From Utricularia gibba (Eukaryota > Plantae > Magnoliophyta), in assembly GCA_002189035.1 (NCBI GenBank), contig NEEC01000020.1, positions 496,001 to 560,000 on the forward strand: 64,000 nt of DNA. Direction: 5' to 3'. The notes beneath the pieces were generated by a model that was given only the letters and a program-made list of their open reading frames with translations, ran no database searches and was not told the DNA's origin. Positions 50,494 to 62,492 of the stretch are shown in pieces (the first letter of the stretch is position 1; the number at the start of each line of letters is the position of its first letter). Made by a program: the position numbers and the translations under genes.

Positions 50494-52647
50494 TTAAGTC
50501 CGAGCCCTAACCATCTGCGATCGAGGCGAAATCACCCTCGGTGACGGCGCCGCCCCCTCGTCGAACAACCGCGGCGGAAAGCTCAGCCGCAGGTTCTTCA
50601 CCGGCGATGCTCTCTCCGATTCCCCCTTCTTCACAAACGCCTTGATTCGCCGTAGCGCGATCTCCATCGTTTCATCGTCCATATTCGCGAAGCAAACCCG
50701 GAACCATCCTGGTTCATCGCAGTGAAATGCCGATCCCGGCGAAACATTAAGCTTCACTTCACTCAAGATTACCCTCCACAGCTCCAATTCTCCGGCGAAA
50801 CTCGCTGCTCTCATCAATTTCCTCAGATCCATCCAACAGAACAGCCCAGCGTTGCTGTCAACGCATCCGAGTCCTAGTTCCTGAATTCCCTTGACAAATT
50901 TGTCGTGCCTAATTTGAAGCCTCCGCCGACTCTCCGACATCAAATTCGCGACGAATTCCTCATCGGAGAGCATCTCCGCCAGCATATACTGCGTCTGCGA
51001 CGAAACCAGACCGAAACTCGACATCTTCCGAGCGCAGGCAACCACTCGGTCATTATAGGAGTACACAATTCCGACTCTGAAACCCGGAACCCCCAGATCC
51101 TTCGACAAACTGTACACAATGTGGATCAGATCAGTATCGCATTGAACCTCCTGGATGATTTCCGCTACGCTGATGAAACCTGGGCGGCGGAAGACGGTTG
51201 CGGCGTAGATCTCATCACAGACGAGATGGATTTGCTTGGCATTGATGAAATTGACGAGCGTCCTGAGAGTTTCGGCCCCCAGCGTTGTGCCCAAGGGATT
51301 CGAGGGGTTCGTGAGGATCAAGCCCTTGATTCTGATGTTGGCACTCAGCGCATCTCGGTACGCCCGCTCCAGAGCCTCCGCCGTGATCTGGAAATGGCTG
51401 GAGCTGGTGCAAGGTACTGGTATCAGCTTCACCCCCGTCCTCCATCTCAGGTCTCTGTCAAACCTGAAATTATCCCAATTTCAGTGGAAACAGATATTTT
51501 GCATTTTTATAGCATGAAAATTGAATAACTAAATAAAGTTCAATTAATTCAATTTAATGTAGCGATAGGAGGCCGGTTCAATTCAGAACCAATGAATCCG
51601 GTTCGGTTCCAAATTCTAAAATTGGAGATGAATTCAAATAAATAATAATTTAAAAACATAATTTTTTTTAAAAAATAAAAAGATTAGAATTTTTGGTTTT
51701 GGAGCAACCACCAAAATACGAGTAATTTGTACCTCAAAAAATGCATAGATTTAGAAGTAATTAGTATTTCTAAGAAATTTCAGTATTCACGAATGGTTAT
51801 ATTTTATTAAAATCAATATTTGAAAATTATATATTTTTCATAAATCACAACTATATACCAAGATTCTTAGAAATAATAAGAATTTTAAATTTATGTTATA
51901 TTTAAAATATATAATAATAAAAATATTTGATTGTGTTGAAATTTGTGGAACTAAACGTGGGGAATCTGAATCAGAGTGACTGCATGGCGGAATGATCGGG
52001 GAAGATAACGGAAGGAGGGTGTACCCAGGGTAGTAAGGAGTAGGGACAAGGAACGCATCGCCGGGGTCAGCTAAGCAGAACATGATCATCTCGTTTGCGC
52101 CGGTGGCTCCTCCGGCCATCACTACGCGCTCAGGATCGAAGCCGACCCGCCCGCCTCTCGCCGTCAACATGAACTTCGCCACCGCCTGAGGAACGGTCCG
52201 CCATTGCGGGAATGGAATGAGCTTCTGTTCTGTGAAAGAGCTAAGAAGATGAAGGAACGCATGGATTCACTCACAGTTCTGAAGCGAGGCAGCCCATGGT
52301 AGTCTTGAAACAGAGCCACGTTCTTGAACGCATGGATTCCCTCCTGGCTGCATATTGAAGCCCTGGGGTTCCTCTCCACCCACTCCTGTATCAAGTCGAA
52401 GCAAAGCTACCAGAGCAACAGAGATTTAGAAAATTTGAGGTATCAGAAATCTGATTGGAGGTCACTAGTCAGTCACCTGGTTCTCTGCTAGCCCCATTTG
52501 AATCACTCCAAGAGGGTTTTCGTGGGGGTGGAAGGGATCACTGTCGTACGCTTTCCATCCATCGAAGTAAGGCGAATCCTCTCCGTGCTGCTCGCCACCG
52601 GCGATCATCGAAAGGCGGCACTGTGTTCTCCGATGCCCACCTTCCAT
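50494..52647 (-). CDS. ACS: 1-aminocyclopropane-1-carboxylate synthase, type 1 (ACS2/ACS6-like), 4 exons, 477 aa
   Basis: Exons (minus strand): 52647-52477, 52406-52275, 52185-52025, 51463-50494. Motifs: [62 protein letters not shown], the PLP-lysine motif [27 protein letters not shown], and a C-terminal RLSF plus Ser-Pro tail. Confidence 0.96.
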
Positions 52648-53559
52648 TCTCAGCAACCCAAGAAGAAGAAGCAGAAGCAGGAGGAGGGTAATGACTGCGT
52701 TTCAGGAAGTGGGGGGAGGCTTTATAGGCAACAGAGACGAGGCACATGCGAAAGAAAATTCAACCACCACCTGCACCACACACAGGAGATGAAGCTTCGG
52801 GGCGCAGAAGGCAGAAGCCATATCGGGAAAGGTCGGTCCCCCCATCGCTCATTCCAAAACTCAAGCTAACATTCAGTGACGAGAATGGAAACCTGCGATC
52901 TCCGGTCAAAGCCCCCTCCCCCACGGCTGACCGCCGGTATCCCGCGTGAACATTCTTCTCACGTATCATCGCATCTAATGGGATTTCCAATTGAATCCAA
53001 AAATCAAAATTTTCGTAATATATTTGAAAAAAAATTCAAGAACATTTATTTAAAATTAAAAAATGGAAATTATTCCAAGATTTCAAATGATATTCATTAA
53101 TAAAGTTACATTACATTTGAATTTCCTAAGTTGTGGAATTTTGTTAATTTGATTTTAAAAAAATAATTGACTTGAAATTTTTTTAAAAAATGGATGGCCT
53201 AATGTATTAATTTGAATAGAACTAAATTTAACAACATATATGTCAGAAAAATGATTATTTTAATATTAAATATTTATTTTATTATATGAGATAATAATAA
53301 ATGATTGCTTTTATTTAAAAATATTTCTTCTATTTAACTTTTTTTAAAAATTAGATATTCAATTTCTCTTTTATTAGAAGTGTATCTCAAAAGTATTTTT
53401 GAGAAACATAATCAAATATGCCTTTTCTTTTTCAAGATCCAAACATTAAGTATTAAAATCCATCTATTAAAAAGTAAAGCCTAGAGTTTTATCACTAAAA
53501 AAAGATATTAACTGTACTCATGAAGACATTCCAAGAAAAGATAAAGTTTTTAATTAAAA

Positions 53560-54022
53560 AATCAAACCATGGTAAAAGATGGGAAAAATAGTGATGATGA
53601 TGGCATGGTGAATCAAACAATGGTGAAGTATGATAAAACTAGTGATGATAATGATGATGGTGGTGGCATGGTGAATCAAACAATGGTGAAGTATGATAAA
53701 ACTAGTGATGATAATGATGATGGTGGTGGCATGGTGAATCAGACCACGGTAAAAGATTGGTAAAACTAGTGATGGATGGCATGGTGAATCAAGCCATGGT
53801 GAAAGATGAGAAAACTAGTGATGACAATGATGGTGGTGGTGGCATGGTGAATCAGACCATGGTAAAAGATGGGTAAAATAGTGATGGATGGTATGGTGAA
53901 TCAAACCATGGTAAAATATGGATAAAACTATTGATGATTATGATGACATGGTGAATGAATGCATGGTAAAAGGTGGGCAAAAGTAGTGATGATAATGATG
54001 GCATGGTGAATCAAATCATGGG
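53560..54022. repeat. Minisatellite: ~8 copies of a 49-63 bp unit with variable GAT/GGT tracts
   Basis: ATGGTGAAT anchors at 53605, 53668, 53731, 53781, 53844, 53893, 53948 and 54003 (spacings 63, 63, 50, 63, 49, 55, 55). The consensus is roughly GGCATGGTGAATCAAACCATGGTAAAAGATGGAAAACTAGTGAT(GAT)n. Confidence 0.95.
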
Positions 54023-55254
54023 TAATTGAGAGTCTGTCATGTGATTCCAAAATCTACCTACTTGGTTACAATAATTGTACCAAGGGTTGAATGGATGGTG
54101 GAATTAGTGGGGTGCATTTCATTTTACTTTTTACTAGGCAGAAGCATGTGAGGGATAATGTTCATATTAAATATTTATTTTTATTCATATTATATGAAAG
54201 ATTGTACAATTTAACCAGTGATAAAATATTATCATGATCTACATTTTTTTGTATAATATTATTTATTCATATATTTATTTTTTATGGTTTTACATTCATA
54301 CATATTTAAACACGAAATTTTCAAATAGTTATAAGTCTTGAAATTATCTCAAACTCGATATATTTAATTTTAGAATTTCAACTAAGTATATTTTATGTTA
54401 AAAAAAATTCTCATATAAGTTTTCATTAATTATTCTATTTAAACACGTTCTCGTAAACTCTAACACACTACTTGAAGGCCGTCCTGCTGGCACTTTGGGG
54501 AAAAGAGGAGTGATGGGAATCGGTGTCTGTTTTCTGGAAATGGAGGGAGGGGTTTGCATTATTGAGGCGACGCGTAGGGGGAAATTCCCGTCAACGGTAA
54601 AATCAAATGCGACTGGAGATGGAATGAGTGAATGAATGCACGATCAGGTTAGTTACCGGTCGACTTCTCCGGTGACCGGCGATGGATGACTGATAGCCGA
54701 AGTACCACCGCAGAGCCCGGATTTCTGTAATGTGCGTGGTGTCGGGGGTTTCTCCGATCAAGTCTCGTTGATTTCCGGCAGGTGGGTAACCAACACATCA
54801 TGGCTCGCGAATCACACTTCCCACCGACATAGCACGTTTTCTTACGCCACTAAACCGGCTGGTTCGAAACGGTAGCGGTTTCCGGTTCTCGTTTTTGAAC
54901 CGGAAATGAAACCCGATACAAATTTTAAATTCTTTTATGATAATTAATCCATCTAAATAATTTTTATTTAAATTCAAATAAATTAATTTGTTATCCTAAT
55001 TATGTAACAAAATATTTATTATTTTGATATATGTTTTGTATAGACGTGATTAATTGATATGAAATTAATTATTTGAGATAAAATAAATCCACTTTATAAA
55101 AAATATTATTTAAACAAAAAATATTCACATATTTTGGTAATTAGATTTATATTTAAATTTATATAAAATATTATCAAAATAATCACATAATTTCTAAAAT
55201 GTTTAAACAGAAGTATCAGCCTCGTGAATCTTCATCAACTGATGGGCAGTACGG

Positions 55255-56658
55255 TTACTCAGCTGCATTCTCAAGCTTCTCAGCTGCTTCCGCCGCTGCA
55301 GAGGCAGCTTCCCCTAATCCCATCTTCTGCAAAGCTTGAAAGAGTCCCTCTACATCTGCAGCAGCAATCTTGTAGGGTGTATGAGACGGTCCAGGGAAGG
55401 AGCCGCTAACCACTTCGTCTCGATACTGGACTAGCGCCTTGTTGATGATCTCTCCTACACGGGCGTACTGCTTACAGAACTTGGGAGTTACCTGAGAGAT
55501 CATTCCTGTGGCTCAGTTTGAAGTGTTTGGTAGGCTGAGTGTGAAGATGGATGGATTGGTTGGTTACCTTTGCGTGATGGGGGTGTTGAAGCATTCCTAG
55601 TAGATCGTGGTAAACTAGAACCTGCAGGAGGATTAATGCATTGAGTTCATGAGTGCTTTGTAGCAGAATGAAGTGTAGTGTTGAGTAACCTGGCCACTGC
55701 AAAAGGGACCGGCTCCGATTCCGATGGTCGGGATTTGAAGGGCGGAGGTTGCTGCAGCGGCAACAGGGGAGGGAACACATTCTAACACGACGGCGAAACA
55801 CCCCGCTTCTTGTAGAGACAGGGCAGTCTCCACAACCTTTGCAGAAGGAAGTTCAATTGTCACAAAATGGGAGCATGCGTATATATCAGCTTCAGTTGAG
55901 TTCCCTACCTTTACAGCACTTTCGACATTCTTGCCTTGAGGCCTGAATCCCCCGAGAACACTGATGGCCTGAGGGTTAGACCAACATGGCCCATAACCGC
56001 TATCCCTGCTTCGACGATTGCCTTGGCAGCTGTGATCCGGGATGGTGCTCCGCCTTCCAATTTGATTGCATCCATTCCACCTTCTTTCAGAATTCTCACA
56101 GCCGTATCAACAGCCTGGATGAAACGAAATGATCATTTGATGCTTAATTTAGGATTACTGGTTCATCTCCTGCAAGCAGTTCACATGAAAGTGCACAAAC
56201 GGCATTCATAAAATCAAGACCTGATTAGTGCTGGATTCGTAACTGCCGAAGGGCAAATCGCCCACCAACAAAGGTCGCTTAGCGCCGCGGGCAACGCTGC
56301 GGCAGTGGACAAGCATTTCTTCAACCGTGATCGGAAGAGTGGTGTCGTGGCCGTGAACCACCATTGCCGCAGAATCGCCCACCAGGCAAATGTCAATTCC
56401 AGCGGAATCCAGGCAGACCGCCGAGGGATAATCGTAAGCCGTTACCATTGTAATGGGCACCGAGTTCTTGTGCTTCTTTCGGAGGTGAGCCAGGGTGACG
56501 CGCTGGTTGAAATTTTGAGGCGTCGGCCCGCCGTACACAGCGTCTTCTGGGACGTTGCTCATGCATCGGAGAAGCAGCGAATGAGGATATTTTTTGGTGT
56601 TGCGAATGGTGGGGCTGAAGAGAGACCCAGCCTTGGAAAGCAGACCCCGGAGCACCAT
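55255..56658 (-). CDS. panB: Ketopantoate hydroxymethyltransferase (PanB/KPHMT), mitochondrial, 5 exons. As assembled it carries a -1 frameshift in exon 2 (pseudogene, null allele or assembly error)
   Basis: Exons (minus strand): 56658-56221, 56114-55909, 55836-55690, 55621-55568, 55491-55255. Motifs: [69 protein letters not shown]. Exon 2 is 206 nt (phase 0 at both ends), and adding one C at 55973-55975 restores [15 protein letters not shown]. Confidence 0.9.
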
Positions 56659-56808
56659 GGCGGCCGCGTTCCCGGAGAGACGGCGACTGCGATTTGAAGG
56701 GCTGCACCTCCGTCGGAAACGGTTGAAGCATTCATTTGGCACGCCATTCGAGCAATAATCGCATTCCGAGATAATTTCATATCAACCGAGCCTCCTCAGT
56801 ATGAGCCG

Positions 56809-56833
56809 GGCCCATTTATAATTATTTGGCCCA
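56809..56833. promoter_or_regulatory. Two site II (GGCCCA) elements in the panB/reticulon divergent promoter
   Basis: GGCCCA at 56809-56814 and 56828-56833, between head-to-head ATGs at 56658 (-) and 57071 (+). Confidence 0.5.
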
Positions 56834-57070
56834 TTAAACAGCGAATCTTGGCCATCCATTCTTTTCGCTGTCCTTAGATCCAGGTCGTCCGATTACGATA
56901 CCGAACCTGTCCAGTGTCCGGACTGCGATTACTTTCCCGAACCAAACTCCGAAGCGGATCCATCGTAAAAACATCTTACTTCTCCCACACACTTGATTTC
57001 CCCCCATCGCTTGCTTGTTCCGGAAGTTCTTCATTTTCAGCAGTTTTCCGGCGTTCGTTGACCAACTACA

Positions 57071-58453
57071 ATGGCGGATCAAGGAGAGATCTCTGCGTCG
57101 TCGGTAGATGCAGTGATTGATTCCACGGCGGAGAAGATTGCAGCTACCGAAGATCTGTCGAAGGTTCTGGAATCGAGTGTTGAGCCTGAGACCGCAGAAC
57201 ATCCTGAAGTAATCGTGGCGCAGGAGAGGGAGCTGTTGAACTTGTTCGGCCGTAAAAAGCCTCATCACAAATCTGTATGTGGAGTTAAGCGTAAGTGCAC
57301 TCTGCTCCACTTCCGATTATCCGCTGTACGGCTGTAGGTGTTAATGATCGCCGTCGTAACACGAGTTTCCTGAAAATACGAAAGCATGTTTATTTTTTTC
57401 TGCAGCTTTTGATGTTTTCTTGTGGAGGAAGAAGAAAATATCTGCTGCAGTGCTTGGGGGAGCAACAGTTCTTTGGGTTCTGTTTGAATTGCTGAATTAT
57501 CATCTGACGAGTGTTGTATCCCATGTCTTGATATTTTCCATTGGATCGCTGTTCTTGTGGTCCAACGCCTCTATCTTCATTCACAAGTGAGGATATTGAA
57601 CTTCTTTCAGTTAAGCTGCTCCATATGTTTTTATGTAACTTCGGTTAACATTTATTTACAGGCGACCTCCGCATATTCCAGATGTTCGTCTTCCAGAGGA
57701 AGCGTTTGTTGAACTCGCTTCCATCTTTCGTGAGGAAACCAATCGTGGTCTAGCTGAGCTTCGAGACATTGCTTCCGGACAGGATGTTAAGAAGTTCCTC
57801 ACTGTAAGTCAAACCTTATTCCAACTCTGCAAAATCCCTTCCTTCACTTCCTCAGTGATTCCTGGTTCTTCTGCTGCACTCATCGATTGTGACTATGAAC
57901 TCACAATTGCCACTTCACCACAAAACTGTCACACGATTGGAAAAACAGAGAGATGCCTTCGTCACCATCTTCCAGGAAAACCTTGTGAAACGATAGGCCA
58001 TACAACAAGTTTGTGCCTCTGGTTTCACAAGGAGAACCAATTTCGGCAAAGGCATCTTCCTGTTTTTGCAAGAGGGTTGTTAGTAAAATGGGAACCAGTC
58101 TTGACTCTGCATCCAATCCTTGAACACCAGGTTATTGCTGCCCTGTGGCTTCTCTCAATAGTGGGCAGCTTCTTCACCTTCTTGACACTGGCTTATATCC
58201 GTAAGTCCGCGATGCCCGTGTGCGCATTACACATATTCTTCTTCCCATTCACTCAACATCTGTTCTTCTACCACCCAATGTTTCAGTGTTGGTGGCGGCG
58301 CTCACGCTCCCTGTCCTGTATCAGAAGCATAAGAACGAAGTGGACTCCCTTGCGGAGAAGGCAGTCTCTGAGCTCAAGAAACAGTATGATGTCCTGGATG
58401 CCAAGGTTCTGAGTAGGATTCCGAGGCTGCCATTGGACAAGAAGAAGGATTGA
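57071..58453 (+). CDS. RTNLB: Reticulon-like protein (RTNLB), 5 exons, 259 aa
   Basis: Exons: 57071-57290, 57406-57586, 57662-57803, 58131-58200, 58287-58453. The reticulon homology domain includes [59 protein letters not shown] and [14 protein letters not shown], and the protein ends in a di-lysine motif (DKKKD). Confidence 0.94.
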
Positions 58454-59541
58454 ACTCCATGGAAAGCTAGTGGCCAACACAACTCAGGTTCCATTCCTTT
58501 TCCCTTACGCTCTTCTTTTGTTGTCTGGTAGTAGTGTGGTTTCTTATGTAAATGGAATTTAGGCTGTGCAAATTGGAATGCGTTCATGATTGCATGTTTA
58601 TATTAAATAAAATTTGTAAATTAAATATTTGATAAATAATAATATTTAATATTATGTGTTAGATACATGCAGAAGTCATTTATTTATTCATTGAATTAAT
58701 CTTTATTTATTTATTAAATTATACTCTTAATTAGAAATAATGATATACAGCATCAAGGTTTATTGGATCATCATCTTTTCATAGCAATTTGTGATGGTCC
58801 AAAATGAGTTTTGAAACAATGTGTTTTAGATAGTGTAAATTATCATGATTTAAAAGATATCATATCGAAAGCGAATAATATATAAAAACATCATTTGTTT
58901 GGAGACATCTCTCAAATGAGAACACACAATCAATTGTAAGATTTCATTAAAAATCTAAAATAATATGTTATTATATCGTATTGAATAATTTACTAATATT
59001 ATATATAAATATAATTATAAAATTTCTCTCAAGTATATAAATAATTATTTTTTTAAAATAAAGCATAAATTAGTGGTAAATTATGTTTAAAAACTTTTTA
59101 TTTTAGAACCCTTCGCTATTTATCAAAATTGCACATCAGTCACAAACTCTTGATAATTTCAGTTTGTCACCTGATCTCAACCCTCTCGAGTGGAGGACTA
59201 AAGCCCAGATCTTGCGCTTTATTCCAGTTGGGCCGACCCCACATCAATGGCAAAAGCGTCTGCCCAAAACCCGTATTATGATTCGGATCGACCCGATGAA
59301 TTGAATTCACAATACCAGCTTCATTTAAATGGATCGGGATCAAAACCCGTCCCATAGTAATAATATGTGTTAATTTTTTAGCGTTTAGGGGTTGTGGTAA
59401 AAAAGTTTAATTAATAATATTTTTTTAATTACTTAATGGACTCGGCGATGAGCGGCGTGTCCTTTGGGCGTGGACGCGGGAGTCAACGTCAATCATTTCC
59501 CTATCATGGTCGCTGAGGATAGCACTTTGTAACGTCTCGCC

Positions 59542-61381
59542 GCCACGTGGCTCGATAAGATAAACTATTGAATAAATCAAAAACAATTTTCTAATTCATA
59601 AATTTAAATATTATCAATTTCCAAAATTTGTCAATATGTACTCTAAATCCTAAATCTTGAAATCTAAACCTTAAATTGTAAACCCTAAATCTTATACACA
59701 ACATGACAATGTTAATAACAAAAATAGAGCATCGGGTTTTTTTAGAAAATATTATAAATGGTGTGGGGTATTTTTGTAAGTTTCTCTATAAATTATTAAG
59801 TGTTTTAAAATAATAATCTTTACGAAAAAAATACGTAAATTTTAACAAATATTTCATTTCTATATGATATTTTCGTAATTACATCTAATTTCGAAATCAT
59901 TAAAATATATTCTTTATTAATTTTCAGCTTATTTAAATTAATAATTAAATAATAACGTGCTGACAGGTGGACCAATCAGCGACACCCAGGCATCTATATT
60001 ATTACCCTGATTCACGTGGTCTGCCGACCTCCGTGACAGATCAGCCTCCTGGTCCGGAGGGCCCACATGGCTTCTTCAGTCGTACTTTGCCCTGTCGTGT
60101 CCACGTGTTCGAAGATCTCCGTCGGTTGGTATTTTGCCACGTGTGAGTTTGCTGCATTTCTTTTTCTCTATTTAAATGGAAATAATAATTTCGATAATGT
60201 TAAATATTTTTTAAAATTACTGTCGATGTTGTCTGGTGTGGGTTTTTTAAATAATACCACGAATTTGTCTCTTTTTATTTGGTAATAATTCGAGGAGTAC
60301 GGGGGCCCACCGCCCCGGACTTGAACGCCCCCATCAAATCCAGTTAACTTTCGTCGAAACATGTGGATGTAAAAGGAATTTAAAAAGAAGAGAGACACTT
60401 CGGACACGTGCCTGGTTGAAGGATCCGTCGACAAGGAACACGCCGCGTCGATTGCGTCACAGTCGTACACGTGGACGGTGGATTTGACGTCTCACTATAC
60501 CTGATTGGACGGCGTTGCATTTGCTTTCTATGTTTTTGCAAGAATGGCTCCATGCTCTTTCGATGATGCCAGCGGATCCGTACTATTTAAATGATGAATC
60601 TATTCAATGCTCAACCACGACCAGGCACTGGTTTGGATTGACTCCCAATAAAACCTTCACTAAATATCAAAATATCGTATAAAGAAAATATATCGTAATA
60701 TTTGATATCAGATTTAAACCCGAATATATACGAATATTGGAATAAGATTACTCAGTATCTAAATGGGAAAGAATGTAACATAATAGAGTTTGAGACGATG
60801 TTTTGTATTGATTACGAATGGAAGAGTGAACTTACTAATGTTTTATGAAGATTTTTTTTGAAAAATATAGAATCGTAAGAATTATATATCCAAAATAGAT
60901 AATATTTATGATTTGTGATATTATATGAATTTAATAAACTTTCATGTTTTAAAAAAAAATGTACTTTGATTCTTAAATATATGAATTTAATCTTTTAAAC
61001 CTCCTTACCAAATGTGACCTTATATTAAACTTTTTATCATGCTAATGCTATTAATCTAATAATAATAAATAATAAATAAATGATTGACTTGTGAAAAAGA
61101 ATGTTGATGTCATATATACAAGTTAAAATAATATTCTCCATGAATAAAATTCAATTTTGATGATGATGACGTATTTAATACAAAAATATGAAAAAAATAA
61201 TTATTCTTGTATAATAAAAGTAACACATTAGGGGAAATTGCTATTTATAGATTTATTACCTAATTAAAAACTGATTTAAAAGAATATGAAAAAAAGAAGA
61301 AAAGGAATTTGCAGTTTTCCCGTGTCGTGATTGGATATGTACCAACTATTTGCACGCAAAGACACGTGTAAGATGACGTGG
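59542..61381. promoter_or_regulatory. Cluster of G-box/ABRE elements upstream of the bZIP gene
   Basis: Perfect CACGTG at 59544, 60013, 60102, 60138, 60405, 60468 and 61363. The first lies within the palindrome GCCACGTGGC (59542-59551). TGACGTGG is at ~61374-61381. Confidence 0.7.
59641..59690 (+). repeat. Short degenerate telomere-like heptamer run (CCCTAAA-like x7)
   Basis: CTCTAAA TCCTAAA TCTTGAA ATCTAAA CCTTAAA TTGTAAA CCCTAAA. Confidence 0.55.
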
Positions 61382-62492
61382 AGTTGTGCCTCGGCGGTCC
61401 TCCTTTCTTCTTCTTCCTCCTCCTCCTCCCATCGCATTCTCTCTCTCTCCCCCTCTCAAAAGCCTCACAGAGCTCCACAAAACGATACTCGGAGAAAAAT
61501 ATTGGACAAAAAAGGAATTATGTGATACAAATGTCATCAATATAGTTTTCTCGAGCTTCCCACAACCTCGGCTGCTTCTAATCTAGCCAAGTAGGCACAA
61601 ATCTCAGGCTCATTACCTTTTTTTTTTCCTTTTTCTTTTTCTGCGGCCTTGGTTGATCACCGTATTTTCGTCTGGGTTTTTACTGTGTGACTATTTGGGT
61701 AGAAGGGGTTTTGGTGTTCCCAGTTTCTGTAATTTGATGAATGGTTTTGTGGGTTTGTTGCAATGTACGATTGTTGTTTCTAGGGATTGTTGACAATCCT
61801 TTCTTTTTTTTTTTTACTGGTGTAACAGAGTCACTGTGGTTCATCATCCTTTAGGTTTATGGATCGGGGATTTGGGTGCTTTGGGAGGACAAAATTGACT
61901 TTAGGAACTGGTTTTAACCGAACCATGTCCCGGCATACCAAGTGGGCTTAGAGTTGTCGGCAAAGGGAGAGGTTTAGCGGTACTGGGTTGTAGCTAAAGG
62001 ACGATAAAACCCTTTTTTTCGATGTTCCATTCTGGCTTGTTTATGATGTTTCTCAAGTGTCAAGTGGCATCTTTTTCTATGGGAAGGCAGGGGGTATTGA
62101 ATTGAGGGTAACAGAGATCTGAATACCTTTTCAAGGGAAGCAGGGTTTTTTGTTTTCGCATCCTGGTCAGTCAGTGTTTATGATCGACCTAGTCTTTCAT
62201 CTTGGGCTGGTGAAAGTTTTTTGGAAACATTGGCACTGATTGAGTAACTTTTTAGCAAAACTTGTCTTCATATGTTGATTTTATGCGATTATCTTTTATC
62301 ATGGTATAATTTTTTCACAGCCCTGTTATCACTCCTTGCATTGAACATTTCTGATTTCAGGTTTGGGTGCCACACCTGTCGTGCTTGTATGCCATATTCT
62401 CTGAGTTCAACGGTCTGTGGTTATTATATGTAATGCCCTGAAAGGAGAATCTTGTTTCTGCCATTGAGTAGGAAAGATCAGGAGGCTGAACA

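Noticed and set aside
50905-51528. 207-aa antisense ORF within ACS exon 4, and similar antisense ORFs in the SAM, PMEI, panB and AHA genes
   Set aside because: These are shadow ORFs expected opposite GC-rich coding sequence, with no motifs.
57855-58412. 185-aa ORF overlapping reticulon intron 3 to exon 5
   Set aside because: It is a read-through of intron sequence into reticulon exon 4 and then an off-frame part of exon 5, and has no independent domain.
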